Source: Phycisphaerales bacterium UBA966
Lineage (GTDB): Bacteria > Planctomycetota > Phycisphaerae > Phycisphaerales > SM1A02
DNA: 35,698 nucleotides
Direction of reading: 5' to 3'
NCBI GenBank assembly: GCA_002292895.1
Contig: DBCE01000188.1
Location: 896 to 36,593, forward strand
The notes below the pieces were generated by a model. The model saw nothing but the letters and a program-made list of their open reading frames with translations, was not told the DNA's origin and did not search any database. Below are positions 1-10,136 of this stretch, in pieces (position 1 is the first letter of the stretch; every line of letters starts with the position of its first letter). A program made the position numbers and the translations under genes.

Positions 1-974
1 CTTGATTGTTCCATCGGATGCGCACTCGCCATGGCTCGCTGCGCGCGGAACCACGGAGCGCCGGCATCGTGATCGGCTTGCATAGCGCGACTAAAGGTGC
101 CGTCCTTGATTTCTTTCAGCAGTGTTCGCATGGCCGTCTTGGTTGCATCATCGACCATGCGCGGCGCTGCGCTGTACGCGCCAAACTCCGCTGTGTTGCT
201 GATGGCTGCTCGCATCCCAGCCGGCCCGCGCGCATACAGCAGATCAGCCACTTGCTTGATCTCATGAACGCACTCCATGTACGCCAATAGCGGTGGATAG
301 CCCGCTTCAACCAGTGTTTCATAGGCAGCTTGCGCTAAGCCCATCATGCCGCCGCACAGAACGGCTTGCTCGCCAAAGAGATCGGTCTCTGCTTCGTCGC
401 CAAAGGTTGTTTGCACAATCCCCGCGCGCGCGCAGCCAAGTCCAGCGGCCCATGCGCGCGCGAGCTCATGTGAAGTGGGTCCGCCAGTTCCTGGTGCGCG
501 CTCTTGAGCAACAGCAAGCAGAGCCGGAATGCCCTGACCCTGCACGAATCGCTCGCGCAGGGTGGTTCCTGGTCCCTTGGGGGCCACCAGCACCGCGCCA
601 ATTCCCTCTGGAATCCGCACCAGTCCGAAGTGGACGCTTGATCCATGGATGAACCCGATTGTTTGTCCCGGCTTCACGTGCGGTGCCACGGCGGACTTCC
701 AGACCTCGGCATGCACCTCGTCAGGAAGTGCCATGACCACCAGGTCTGCCCCCACTACGGCCCGATCGGTATCGCTGGTCTGAAATCCGTCTCTCTGCGC
801 ACGCGACCGGGCAGTTGACCCGGTGCGACCTGTAACCGTGACCTGAATTCCAGAATCGCGCAGATTGAGGGCGTGGGCTCGTCCTTGGTTGCCGTAGCCC
901 ACCAAGACCACCCTTCGGCCGAGCAGCGCATCGGCTGTACATGCTTGTTCCATAAAGGTTTGCGTGTCAGTCAT
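1..974 (-). CDS. ilvC: Ketol-acid reductoisomerase (class I KARI). The C-terminal end is cut by the window edge, so it is absent from the supplied ORF track.
   Basis: My own translation of the reverse complement from the ATG at 974 gives MTDTQTFMEQ...GRRVVLVGYGNQGRAHALNLRDSGIQVTV...GFIHGSSVHFG...APKGPGTTLRERF...FGEQAVLCGG...ISNTAEFG. There is no stop before position 1. These are typical KARI motifs. Confidence 0.9.
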   Translation of the reverse strand, partial: MTDTQTFMEQACTADALLGRRVVLVGYGNQGRAHALNLRDSGIQVTVTGRTGSTARSRAQRDGFQTSDTDRAVVGADLVVMALPDEVHAEVWKSAVAPHVKPGQTIGFIHGSSVHFGLVRIPEGIGAVLVAPKGPGTTLRERFVQGQGIPALLAVAQERAPGTGGPTSHELARAWAAGLGCARAGIVQTTFGDEAETDLFGEQAVLCGGMMGLAQAAYETLVEAGYPPLLAYMECVHEIKQVADLLYARGPAGMRAAISNTAEFGAYSAAPRMVDDATKTAMRTLLKEIKDGTFSRAMQADHDAGAPWFRAQRAMASAHPMEQS

Positions 975-1350
975 GGGGGATTAGGTAGTGCCGGGCGAGG
1001 CGTTCCGTGCGCCGATTTCGTGCCACCAAGCAGCGGAGGGCACCTGCATAGAAATGACATTCTGAATGAATATTGAAGAAAGAAGGCACACATTACCTGA
1101 CCGGGGGGGTTCGGAATAGCAGACTGTCGGTGTCTACACCTGAAATTGACTCGCTCGTTGCGATTCGTCGGGGGGTGGATGGGTCTCAGGTTCAAGGATG
1201 AACTTGCCAGAAGAACGTCCGAAATTCGGGATTTCATGCTTATCGAGCAGAATGACCGAACCATTGGTAATCCAAGGACGTTTCCCTATGAAGCACCCAG
1301 GTTCGAATTATCTATGCGGCCACGGAATGTTCGGCCAAGGAGCTATTGGA

Positions 1351-1875
1351 ATGGTCAGCGTTGAAGCCCCAAACCGGCGGTCGGATGATCGCTTTCGGTT
1401 TGATCCCGCCTACACCCGGGTAGTGGTTATCCCTTCGACGCTTGCCGTAAGTAGTTCAGCGGTCAGCCTCGCAGCATTCGTTGCCGCTGTTCCTGCCTCC
1501 AGCCGACCAGCCCCCACGAATCCAAACGAACTCCACGAGCCGGGCTTGGAAGCCCTTGGCCTGGAAGACTTTGACTCCGGACTTGCAACCCCAACGGGCG
1601 GTCTCGAAGGTCATGGATACGACATCTCGCTCACCGGTATGCGGTTTGAGCTTGACGATGAACTCCCCACAAACACCGAGGTGCAGATAGAGGTCTATCC
1701 GCCCGCCGAACAGGATCCGATTCGAATGCACGGCGTGGTCGTTCGCGTCTTCTCGCATGATGACGATCCGGGTCCGCGCCGTATGGCAGTGCAATTCACC
1801 GCATTTGCCACCCCCCGCGACCGTCAGCGCCTGATCAACCGCATTGCGGCCCGCGCTTGCTGCTGGCCGGAGTGA
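1351..1875 (+). CDS. PilZ-domain protein, a putative c-di-GMP receptor
   Basis: The ORF 1198..1875 has an RxxxR motif (RRSDDR) and a D/NxSxxG motif (YDISLTGMRF), followed by a beta-barrel-like C-terminus. I prefer the ATG at 1351 because AAGGAG lies at 1337-1342. Confidence 0.7.
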   Translation: MVSVEAPNRRSDDRFRFDPAYTRVVVIPSTLAVSSSAVSLAAFVAAVPASSRPAPTNPNELHEPGLEALGLEDFDSGLATPTGGLEGHGYDISLTGMRFELDDELPTNTEVQIEVYPPAEQDPIRMHGVVVRVFSHDDDPGPRRMAVQFTAFATPRDRQRLINRIAARACCWPE

Positions 1876-2029
1876 GCTTAACGGCCCACTTCGTTGCTGA
1901 AAGTTGGAACGCGAAGGCGAATCCGACCGAAAGTACTGTCAGCGAGTGTCACACTTTGATCAAGAACGTCCGTTTCAGCACCCTGCGGTGAGCGCTGCGC
2001 TCTCTGCAAGAAATGCTATTTCCGCTGAG

Positions 2030-2470
2030 ATGGCGGTAGCGGGGCGGGCTGGTCATGATCCATTCGACCGTTTCTGGCAGGAAGCGCAGGGTGCACCGCA
2101 CTCAGCGGGACACTCGGCGTGGGTGTTAGCGTCGGACGCCTACGCGCAGATGCGCGAAGACCTTGCTGGATTTGACCCATCGGAATATCCAGGAAACGAA
2201 GGCGCGGTGAGCGCTGCAGTTTCCGAGTCGTTTGGCAAGCATGCCAGTGCACTTGCCGCACTTGCTACACCCGTCGCTGGCGCAGCGACCACCGCATCCC
2301 GCTCGGCTCGTCTGGCTCCTGCTGTGGCAGCAGAGGCAACTCATCGCCCCGCAGCTCGCCGTCGCCGTGAACGACTGCAGACAGCCGGTTGGTTCGTGCT
2401 CGGCGGTGTCGGCGGATTGCTCTTGGCATCCGCGGTGCATCTCATTCAGATGGTGCTGGCGTGGCGCTGA
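2030..2470 (+). CDS. Hypothetical tail-anchored membrane protein with a single C-terminal TM helix
   Basis: This is the ORF 1904..2470. The C-terminus GWFVLGGVGGLLLASAVHLIQMVLAWR is hydrophobic. Its TGA stop overlaps the rnc ATG (TGATG at 2468-2472). The start is uncertain (TTG at 1904 or ATG at 2030). No family was recognised. Confidence 0.4.
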   Translation: MAVAGRAGHDPFDRFWQEAQGAPHSAGHSAWVLASDAYAQMREDLAGFDPSEYPGNEGAVSAAVSESFGKHASALAALATPVAGAATTASRSARLAPAVAAEATHRPAARRRRERLQTAGWFVLGGVGGLLLASAVHLIQMVLAWR

Positions 2471-3204
2471 TGCCTGACCCGGCAATTCTTGAAGAGATGG
2501 CCGCCGTCACTGGTCATCGGTTCCGCGATCCGTCACTGGCTGCGATCGCTCTGGTTCACTCATCAGCAGCTGATGGGCGGCTGAACTCCAACGAGCGCCT
2601 GGAGTTCCTTGGCGATTCCGTCTTGGGATTCATTGTGTGCACGCACCTATTCGCTGAGCGCCCAGACTTTCTTGAGGGCGAACTGACCAAGGTGAAGTCG
2701 AACATTGTCAGCGGGCGAGTCTGTGCTGAACTTGCCGCTGAGTGCGGCATGGAAAGTTGGATGCGCATTGACAAGGGAGTTCGCGGTCCACAAGGGCTTC
2801 CCGAGAGCCTATTAGCAGGTGTATTTGAAGCCGTGGTGGGCGCCCTCTACCTCGACGGCGGACTGGAAGCCGCGCGCGCATTCGTGCTGCCTCGCTTGGC
2901 GTTGCGGATTGATTCCGCGCTGCGACTGGGGCACCAACAGAATTTCAAGCAGGTGCTGCAGCAGTGCCTGGCGCAACTTGAAATGGGCGCGCCGCAGTAC
3001 ATGGTGCTCGACGAGCAAGGCCCGGACCACGCGAAGTGCTTTGAGATCTGCGTCCTGACCGGAGCGCGCCGATTTGCAGGCGCATGGGGTCCGAGCAAGA
3101 AGCAGTCAGAGCAGCTTGCAGCGCTTGCCGCGCTCAAAGAACTTGGGATTGCTGCCGATACCCCCGAAGGCGAAATTCACATTACCTGGCCCACCAAGCG
3201 CTAA
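2470..3204 (+). CDS. rnc: Ribonuclease III
   Basis: It carries the RNase III signature NERLEFLGDSVLG and a C-terminal dsRBD (KQSEQLAALAALKEL). The ATG at 2470 gives the normal N-terminus MPDPAILEEMAAVTGHRFRDPSL. Confidence 0.92.
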   Translation: MPDPAILEEMAAVTGHRFRDPSLAAIALVHSSAADGRLNSNERLEFLGDSVLGFIVCTHLFAERPDFLEGELTKVKSNIVSGRVCAELAAECGMESWMRIDKGVRGPQGLPESLLAGVFEAVVGALYLDGGLEAARAFVLPRLALRIDSALRLGHQQNFKQVLQQCLAQLEMGAPQYMVLDEQGPDHAKCFEICVLTGARRFAGAWGPSKKQSEQLAALAALKELGIAADTPEGEIHITWPTKR

Positions 3205-3210
3205 CAGGCA

Positions 3211-3762
3211 TTAGCCCGCTGAGTTTTCTGCCGCGCGTTCGAGCATTTCGACGCTGGCTGCCGTGTGGCCGCTGGTGGAAACCACCGCATCGGCGAGCGT
3301 GCGGTACATGGGAAGGCGCGCCTCACCAAGGAGCAGGGCTTCTTCAGCGAACGAAGCGCCAGCGAGAAGTGGGCGGTCGCCTGGATTGTTGGTGAGCCGT
3401 GCACCCAGCGTTTCGGGTGGCGCTTCCAACAGGATGATTCGAATGGTGCCCGCCGCGCGGGCGGACTCTAGGAGCGCGCGTGCCGCCGGTGTAGTGGGCG
3501 TTCCGCCCCCAAGGGCGATCACAGCACCGGACGTCGATGGGCTGCTGAGAACGTGGGTCAGCGCGGCGCATTCAGCCGCCCGGAAGGCGGGCTCGCCAAC
3601 GGAACGAAACATGGCCGTCACCGATGGCTGACCGGAACCAGCGACGGTGACGTCGTCAAGATCAATGAATTGAGTGTTGAGTCGCTTGGCGAGCAAGCTC
3701 CCAAGCGTGGTCTTACCAGATCCGCGCAGGCCGATGAGCACAACGCGAACAGTTGCTGGCAC
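3211..3762 (-). CDS. aroK: Shikimate kinase
   Basis: The Walker A motif is VVLIGLRGSGKTTLG, followed by FIDLDD. The maximal ORF reaches 3795 but would overlap rpmH. A GTG at 3762, 4 nt after the rpmH stop, gives MPATVRVVLIGLRGSGKT. Confidence 0.85.
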   Translation of the reverse strand: MPATVRVVLIGLRGSGKTTLGSLLAKRLNTQFIDLDDVTVAGSGQPSVTAMFRSVGEPAFRAAECAALTHVLSSPSTSGAVIALGGGTPTTPAARALLESARAAGTIRIILLEAPPETLGARLTNNPGDRPLLAGASFAEEALLLGEARLPMYRTLADAVVSTSGHTAASVEMLERAAENSAG

Positions 3763-3766
3763 GGCT

Positions 3767-3901
3767 TTAGCGCACGTGAATCTTGCGACCCACACGACGC
3801 TTGCGATTCAAGATCGCGCGCCCCTTGCTCGTCTTCATACGAGCTCGGAAGCCAATCTTGCGGACTTTCTTGATTCGACTAATTCTGTGCGGGTAATGCA
3901 T
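3767..3901 (-). CDS. rpmH: 50S ribosomal protein L34
   Basis: The 44-aa product is MHYPHRISRIKKVRKIGFRARMKTSKGRAILNRKRRVGRKIHVR. It contains the conserved GFRARM...GR..L..RR..GRK core. Confidence 0.9.
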   Translation of the reverse strand: MHYPHRISRIKKVRKIGFRARMKTSKGRAILNRKRRVGRKIHVR

Positions 3902-4085
3902 GGCTGTTTCCGAGCCGCGTAGTGTAACCAAATCCCGGCGCTGCGGGAAGGGGTGCATCGAAATGGTTTAAATCGGATTATCGGAGTTGCCGGCGGCGTC
4001 ACTACGCCGCGGAAGGCGCTTGAAAACGCCTGATTTGTGGGGGAATCACGCGACACCCGGAAATCAACCAAGCGGCGCGCCTGCG

Positions 4086-4742
4086 TCACTCCCCGTGTCG
4101 AGCGATTCGTCCTTCAACAAGGAAGATCACGTCTTCAGCAATGTTGGTGGCGATATCAGCGATGCGCTCCAAGCGCTGGGCAATCTGCATCATGTCGATG
4201 GCCTCGGCGGTGCGGGAGACGTCCTCTTGAATCAGTTTCCTGGACGCAGCCGCCACTTCCTTGTTGAGTGCATCAACGCGCCGGTCGGCGCGCCGAACTT
4301 CATGGCAGCACTCCGTGTCTTCGTCAGAGAGGGCGCCGAGCACTTCGGAAAACATGGTTCGAGCCGCGCTGGCCATGTCGGCAAGTGCGCCAGGAACCTC
4401 GGTTGGACCATGACCGGTGGACCATCGAAGGACCTTCTTGGAAATGCCGCGACTGAGGTCAGCGATGCGCTCAAAGTCGCTGGAGATTCGCACCACGCTC
4501 AGCACAAAGCGCAGGTCATGGGCAACTGGCGCGCCGAGTGCAAGAATGCGCATGCATTGCGATTCAAGCTCAACTTCCATGTTGTCAATTTCGCTGTCGC
4601 CAGCCTTTACCTCTTCCGCAGCTGCAATATCGCCATGAACGAGAGCGCGGGTGGTGAGTTCAAGGCGACGCTCGGTGGCGGAGCCCATGGCAAGCAGGCC
4701 ACGTCGAAGGCTCAAAATTTGGGACTGAAGGTCGATTGCCAT
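4086..4742 (-). CDS. phoU: Phosphate signalling complex protein PhoU
   Basis: It has two PhoU repeats: E.D....E......L.....P.A.DLRF, then FERIADLSRGI, and a second ERIADIATNIAEDV. It lies immediately downstream of pstB. Confidence 0.9.
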   Translation of the reverse strand: MAIDLQSQILSLRRGLLAMGSATERRLELTTRALVHGDIAAAEEVKAGDSEIDNMEVELESQCMRILALGAPVAHDLRFVLSVVRISSDFERIADLSRGISKKVLRWSTGHGPTEVPGALADMASAARTMFSEVLGALSDEDTECCHEVRRADRRVDALNKEVAAASRKLIQEDVSRTAEAIDMMQIAQRLERIADIATNIAEDVIFLVEGRIARHGE

Positions 4743-4767
4743 TATTGGGATTTAGTTTAGCGTTTCT

Positions 4768-5625
4768 TTAGCCAAAGCGACCGGAGACGTAATCCTCGGT
4801 CTGCTTGTTGGCAGGATTGGTGAAGATGCGATCGGTACTGCCGCATTCCACCAACGTGCCTTCAAAGAAGAACGCAGTGCGATCGCTGACGCGAGCGGCT
4901 TGCTGCATGTTGTGGGTGACGATGACAATGGTGTAACTGGTCTCGAGTTCGCGGATCAGTTGCTCAATGCTGGCGGTCGACTTGGGGTCAAGTGCCGAGC
5001 ACGGCTCGTCCATCAACAGCACTTCCGGTCCAACCGCAATGGCTCGTGCAATGCACAAGCGCTGCTGCTGGCCGCCGGAAAGGCCTAAAGCACTGGAATT
5101 CAGGCGATCTTTGACCTCATCCCAAAGTGCCGCTGCGCGCAGGGAGTTCTCCACCAGTTCGTCAAGGTCAGTGCGGCGAAAGGACCGGTGCAGGCGCGGT
5201 CCGAACGCAACATTGTCGTAGATGGACTTTGTGAATGGGTTTGGTTTCTGAAAGACCATGCCCACGCGGCGGCGCAGTTCCACCACATCGAGCGACCGGC
5301 TGAGCAAGTCATCGCCGTGCAGGGTCAGGGTGCCGCTGGCGCGCGCGCCCGGAATCGGATCGTTCATCCGGTTGATCCAGCGAAGAAAGGTGCTCTTGCC
5401 GCAGCCGGATGGCCCGATCAAGGCGGTCACGCGGCACTTGGGAATTTCCAGCGAGATGCCTTTGAGCGCCTGCACACTGCCGTACCAGCTGTCCAAACCC
5501 TGAGCACGGATCGCAATGTGTTCCGTGTCGGCAACAGGTGCTACCACCACAGCCGGTGCGCCCACGGTCATGGGAGGCTTGATGTCAATGTTTCGTGGCG
5601 GGGGTGCGTTGGGGGGAGTGTTCAT
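4768..5625 (-). CDS. pstB: Phosphate ABC transporter ATP-binding protein
   Basis: Motifs are Walker [10 protein letters not shown], signature [14 protein letters not shown] and Walker [12 protein letters not shown]. The ATG at 5625 lies just after the pstA stop, whereas the longer ORF start at 5748 overlaps pstA. Confidence 0.93.
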   Translation of the reverse strand: MNTPPNAPPPRNIDIKPPMTVGAPAVVVAPVADTEHIAIRAQGLDSWYGSVQALKGISLEIPKCRVTALIGPSGCGKSTFLRWINRMNDPIPGARASGTLTLHGDDLLSRSLDVVELRRRVGMVFQKPNPFTKSIYDNVAFGPRLHRSFRRTDLDELVENSLRAAALWDEVKDRLNSSALGLSGGQQQRLCIARAIAVGPEVLLMDEPCSALDPKSTASIEQLIRELETSYTIVIVTHNMQQAARVSDRTAFFFEGTLVECGSTDRIFTNPANKQTEDYVSGRFG

Positions 5626-5644
5626 GGAATGCTCGTGGGCGGCA

Positions 5645-6643
5645 TCAGCCGTTGGCACGTTGCAGGCGATGGCGGATGATGACCGCCAAGGCATTGAGGG
5701 TAAGGAGGACGGCGAGCAACACGATGATGCCGGCAGCGGCCAACTCATGGAATCCAGATTGCTGGCGCATGGACCAGTTATAGATTTGTAGAGGCAGCAC
5801 AGTGAAATCGCTCATCAGGTTCGTTGGCGTGGAGCGAATGAATAGCGGAACGCCAAGTACCAGAATGGGCGCGGCTTCACCGATGGCGCGGCTCATGGCC
5901 AAGATGCCACCGGTCATGATCATGGGAATCGATGCGGGAAGTGTGATATTCCAAGTGGTTTGCCACTGTGTGGCACCCAGCGCTAGGGACGCAGTGCGCA
6001 AACTTGCCGGCACTGTGCGCAACGCTTCTTGGCTGGACACGATGACAATCGGCAACACCACCAGCATCAACGTCAATCCGCCGGCCAGCACTCCGTGGCC
6101 GAACGGGAGTTGTAGATAGAAGAACGACTCCGGCTGTCCAAAGGTGATCGGGCTCTCGCTGTTTGCCGTACCGAACGCACGCGCAAATGCAGTTAAGCCC
6201 AGTATTCCGTAGACAATGGACGGAACGCCGGCGAGATTAGCGATGTTGAGTTGGATGAAACTTCGGAACCGGGATCGTTTGGAAAATTCTTCCAAGTAGA
6301 TGGCGGTGCCCACGCCGATCGGTAATGCCGCAACGGCGCAAATCACGCACACCCAGATGCTGCCCCACAAGGGCGCACGCACGCCGGCTTCTTCAGTCTT
6401 TCGGCTGGCAAATGAAGAGAGGAATTGCCAAGACAGCCGCGCGTGACCGTCCTGCCAAATGGAGACGACGAGCACCACCAAGAGCAACACCGCTAGCGCA
6501 GTGAACGCAATACACACGCCAAGGAATGCGCGATCAACGATGCGTCGACCCACTTGTGATGTCGGCGTTGCCGCGGCAACAATCTCGCCCGGGGTTCGAG
6601 TCCGGGCAATAGACGGAGAGCGTGCGCCGAGGGAGTGCATCAC
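5645..6643 (-). CDS. pstA: Phosphate ABC transporter permease PstA
   Basis: It is a multi-TM permease with an EAA-like loop ([24 protein letters not shown]). It sits between pstC and pstB. Confidence 0.9.
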   Translation of the reverse strand: MMHSLGARSPSIARTRTPGEIVAAATPTSQVGRRIVDRAFLGVCIAFTALAVLLLVVLVVSIWQDGHARLSWQFLSSFASRKTEEAGVRAPLWGSIWVCVICAVAALPIGVGTAIYLEEFSKRSRFRSFIQLNIANLAGVPSIVYGILGLTAFARAFGTANSESPITFGQPESFFYLQLPFGHGVLAGGLTLMLVVLPIVIVSSQEALRTVPASLRTASLALGATQWQTTWNITLPASIPMIMTGGILAMSRAIGEAAPILVLGVPLFIRSTPTNLMSDFTVLPLQIYNWSMRQQSGFHELAAAGIIVLLAVLLTLNALAVIIRHRLQRANG

Positions 6644-7611
6644 TCGTATTCCTCTCGGAATGCGCGGAGGAAGAGGTTTCCAACAACAGTGAGCGCAAGA
6701 GTGATGACGAAGAGGACGGTGGCTACTGCGAAACTCGACTTGTATTCGATGCCGTACGCGGGGGCGTCGCCGGTAAAGATCTGCACCATGTACGCGGTCA
6801 TGGTTTGCACTTCATTCGCAGGATTGAGGGTCATGCTGGCCAGTCCGCCAGCTGCAAGCGCCACGATCATGGTTTCGCCGATGGCGCGGGTGATGGCTAG
6901 CAACCAACTGGCCACAATACCACTCAGAGCTGCAGGGACAACCACTTTGGTGCTGACATCAAAGCGCGTTCCGCCCATGGCGAACGCAGCGTCCCGCAAG
7001 CTGCGTGGCACCGCTCGCAGTGAATCTTCGGAGAGGCTGGCAACGATCGGCAAGATCATGATTCCAACTGCTAGGCCAGCGCCGAGCGCATTGAACGTGC
7101 CAAACGATTCGCTGACATGGTCATGGAGGAACGGTGTGATGACAGCAAGTGCAAAGAATCCGTAGACGACCGTTGGAATACCTGCAAGTACTTCAAGAAT
7201 GGGCTTCAGAATGGAGCGCACGCGCGATGGTGCGTATTCGCTGAGATAGATGGCAACCACGAGTCCAACGGGCAGCGCGAACGCTGCGGCAATGGAAGTG
7301 ACGAGGAGTGTTCCCGCGATCAGTGGCCAAATTCCAAAGTGCTTCTCTTCCCCTAAGAGTGGCGCCCATGTGGTGCCGGTGAAGAACTCCCACGCGGAGA
7401 CTTGCGGCAAGGCAAAGAACGAAGCGCTTTGCACAAGCAGGATCGCCAAGATGGTGAAGGTGGTGACGATGGAAAGTAGCGCACAGGCGAGGAGGCCGCC
7501 GCGAATGACTCGTTCCGTGCCGATCCGTGCTGCTCGTGAACGTGCAGTGCCTCGGCTGTTTGCGGCTGCTGCGCGACTGGTTGCTGTGGAGATTTCGGCG
7601 ACGTTCGACAT
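6640..7611 (-). CDS. pstC: Phosphate ABC transporter permease PstC
   Basis: It is a multi-TM permease with the loop EDSLRAVPRSLRDAAFAMGGTRF. Its stop overlaps the pstA start by 4 nt. I prefer the ATG at 7611 (MSNVAEIS). Confidence 0.9.
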   Translation of the reverse strand: MSNVAEISTATSRAAAANSRGTARSRAARIGTERVIRGGLLACALLSIVTTFTILAILLVQSASFFALPQVSAWEFFTGTTWAPLLGEEKHFGIWPLIAGTLLVTSIAAAFALPVGLVVAIYLSEYAPSRVRSILKPILEVLAGIPTVVYGFFALAVITPFLHDHVSESFGTFNALGAGLAVGIMILPIVASLSEDSLRAVPRSLRDAAFAMGGTRFDVSTKVVVPAALSGIVASWLLAITRAIGETMIVALAAGGLASMTLNPANEVQTMTAYMVQIFTGDAPAYGIEYKSSFAVATVLFVITLALTVVGNLFLRAFREEYE

Positions 7612-7692
7612 GGTTTCAGCGGAAGGTATCGGGCGGCCGATGTGCCAGGAGCGGGGTGTTGCCCGCCCGGCAGTGCAGGGCGCCGGTGCCAA

Positions 7693-8700
7693 TCATTTGT
7701 AAATGTCCGCCAGAATTCCCATGCGCTCCATGCCGTTTTCGTCCAGCATTTGTGTTCCCAATTTGCTGGCGGCAAGATTGGCTTTGGCGCGCTCGTAAAT
7801 CACGGTGGGAAGTTTGATGTAACCAACTTCGGCCGCGAGTTTGGCGCCATTGTCCAGCGCGAACCCTGCGTACGCCGCCACGGCAGGCTTGGCCAATGAC
7901 GCCTTGTTCACGTAGATGAACAATGGTCTGCTGAACGGTGCGTAACTAGCGTCTTCAATGGTTGTCGGCGAGGGCGTAACGGCAGCGCCAGTCTTTGGAT
8001 TGACTATCGGGACGGCATTCAATTTGCCTTGATTCTCTGCAAAGTAGGCGTATCCAAAGAACCCAATGGCATTCTTGTCGCCTTCAATGGAGCGCACGAT
8101 CACGTTGTCGTCTTCGCTCACGCTGATGTCGGCGCGGATCTTGCCTTCTTTGCCGACGGTGACTTCCTTGAAGTAGTCGAACGTGCCGCTGTCGGTGCCA
8201 GGCGAGTAAACCTTGATCACATCGCTTGGCCAAGACGGATCAACATCCTTCCATGTCTTGGCAGTCTCGCTTGATGCGAAGATTTTTTTCACCTGCGCCA
8301 TGGTGAGCTGCTTCGCCCAAGTGTTTCCCTTGTTGGTCACGATGGTGAGTCCATCAAACGCCACGGGCAGTTCAATGAACTCGATCTTGTGACTCTTGCA
8401 GGCATCGATCTCTGGCTGCTTGATGCAGCGCGAGGCGTTCGATATATCGATCTCACCGTTGCTGAAGCGCTTGAAGCCTCCACCGGTTCCAGACAATCCC
8501 ACGGTGACATTCACTCCGGGAGCCACCTTGGAGAACTCCTCGGCGACGGCTTCGGCAATCAGATACACGGTGGACGATCCGTCAACGCGAACCGCGCCCT
8601 TCAGATTCTTGGGGTCTTGCGTCGGCATCGCCGAGGATGCGGCCATCGAACCGAGAACGGCGGCTACGAGAAAGGCGTTGATCGCTCGAATGGGTCGCAT
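7693..8700 (-). CDS. pstS: Phosphate ABC transporter substrate-binding protein PstS
   Basis: It has a signal peptide (MRPIRAINAFLVAAVLGSMAASSA) and PstS-family motifs (VDGSSTVY...GTGGGFK...SNASR, SPGTDSGTFDYF). Confidence 0.9.
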   Translation of the reverse strand: MRPIRAINAFLVAAVLGSMAASSAMPTQDPKNLKGAVRVDGSSTVYLIAEAVAEEFSKVAPGVNVTVGLSGTGGGFKRFSNGEIDISNASRCIKQPEIDACKSHKIEFIELPVAFDGLTIVTNKGNTWAKQLTMAQVKKIFASSETAKTWKDVDPSWPSDVIKVYSPGTDSGTFDYFKEVTVGKEGKIRADISVSEDDNVIVRSIEGDKNAIGFFGYAYFAENQGKLNAVPIVNPKTGAAVTPSPTTIEDASYAPFSRPLFIYVNKASLAKPAVAAYAGFALDNGAKLAAEVGYIKLPTVIYERAKANLAASKLGTQMLDENGMERMGILADIYK

Positions 8701-8757
8701 GTAGTTCTCGTTCAGATAGTGTGAGGCTCGATCACTCCACGCAATCCAGGCTGGCTG

Positions 8758-10122
8758 TCACGCCGTGCGGCGGGCAGCGGAAGGAGTTACGGGCAGTGTC
8801 GCGGGATCATGTTCATTTGGCGTGTGCAAGGGGGTGGCATCTGCCAGCGGCAGGCTCTTCACTCGCCCGTTAGTGGCGAGGGGCATCCGAATCCGGAATG
8901 TACTGCCGTGATTGGCGTCCGTCCGGCTATCAACCTCCGCATAACCGCCGTGGACCATGGCAACGTGCTTCACGATGGCGAGGCCAAGTCCAGTGCCGCC
9001 GGAATCACGGCTGCGGGCTCGATCCACCCGGTAGAAACGCTCAAACAGGCGCTCGCGGTGAATTTCTGGGATGCCCGGGCCGTGGTCGGTGACTGAGATA
9101 ACCGCATAGCCGCCTTCGGCAGCGGCGGTGACGGCGATCCGCGAATCTGCCGGTCCGTACTTGGCGGCGTTGGAGACCAGATTGACCACGGCATGCGCAA
9201 GGAGTCCGGCGCTTCCAAGAACCCACAGGGAGGGATCGACGGCGACATCAATCGTCAGGCGCTTCTCCGTGGCAGCGGGGGTGACCTGTTCAACTGCTTC
9301 AGCGACGATCCCTGCGATGCGGACAGGCGTGCTGGCGATATCGCCGCGGGCTGATGGGTCCTCAAGTGAGGAGAGGAGCAGGAGGTCATCAATGATCGCG
9401 CCAAGACGGCTGGCACTGCGGGCGATGGTTCGTGAGAAGCGGGCCGCGTCCGGCGGAAGCTCAAAATTTTCCGCCAACGTTTCGGCATACCCACGAATGG
9501 AAGTGATGGGCGTGCGGAGCTCATGGCTCACGTTGGCAACGAACTCGGTTCGCAGAGATTCCAAGCGACGCAGTTCGGTGCGATCTTCAAGCACCAGTAG
9601 TAGTTGTGCGTTGGCAACATCGCGCGAAAGCGGGACCACGGAGCAACTGGCGCGACGCTCGCCCGTGACGGCGGAGAATGGCAGTTCGGCCTCGGCGCGG
9701 CGGCCAGTTTCGCGGGCGCTTGCAATCAGGGTCTCGAGATCGGGACTGCGAACGATTTCAATGAGAAGTCGACCTTCGACAGCGCGATCGTTTGCATCAA
9801 ACAGGCGCACCGCCGCTGGATTGATGGTCACGATGCGGTCGACCGAGTCAAGCGCAACGATTCCGACGGGAGCGGTCGCCAAGATCGCACGCAACTCGCT
9901 GAGCGCGCCATCAAGTCGAACCGCTTCATTGGCCGCTGCACGGGCGCCGCGAACCGGGTTCGATTCAAATCCACCAAGTGCCCCCAGCGCGGCTGCAATG
10001 CGTCGATGTTCAGCTCGGCGCTGCAGGAACAACATGGCAAGCAGCGCTCCGCAGGCAACGGCCACCACGGCTGCCCCAACAAATGGCACGAAATACGAAG
10101 CTGCGTCCGTGGTTGGCTGCAT
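8758..10122 (-). CDS. phoR: Sensor histidine kinase, PhoR-like
   Basis: It has an N-terminal TM helix, a PAS-like segment, the H-box FVANVSHELRTPITSI, the N-box NLVSNAAKYG and the G-box GTGLGLAIV. It lies between phoB and pstS. Confidence 0.85.
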   Translation of the reverse strand: MQPTTDAASYFVPFVGAAVVAVACGALLAMLFLQRRAEHRRIAAALGALGGFESNPVRGARAAANEAVRLDGALSELRAILATAPVGIVALDSVDRIVTINPAAVRLFDANDRAVEGRLLIEIVRSPDLETLIASARETGRRAEAELPFSAVTGERRASCSVVPLSRDVANAQLLLVLEDRTELRRLESLRTEFVANVSHELRTPITSIRGYAETLAENFELPPDAARFSRTIARSASRLGAIIDDLLLLSSLEDPSARGDIASTPVRIAGIVAEAVEQVTPAATEKRLTIDVAVDPSLWVLGSAGLLAHAVVNLVSNAAKYGPADSRIAVTAAAEGGYAVISVTDHGPGIPEIHRERLFERFYRVDRARSRDSGGTGLGLAIVKHVAMVHGGYAEVDSRTDANHGSTFRIRMPLATNGRVKSLPLADATPLHTPNEHDPATLPVTPSAARRTA

Positions 10123-10136
10123 GGATGCGTGGAACG

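Noticed and set aside
1295-1312. A tRNA-like T-loop string GGTTCGAAT upstream of the PilZ gene
   Set aside because: No complementary T-stem, acceptor stem or anticodon arm can be drawn around it. It is an isolated match only.
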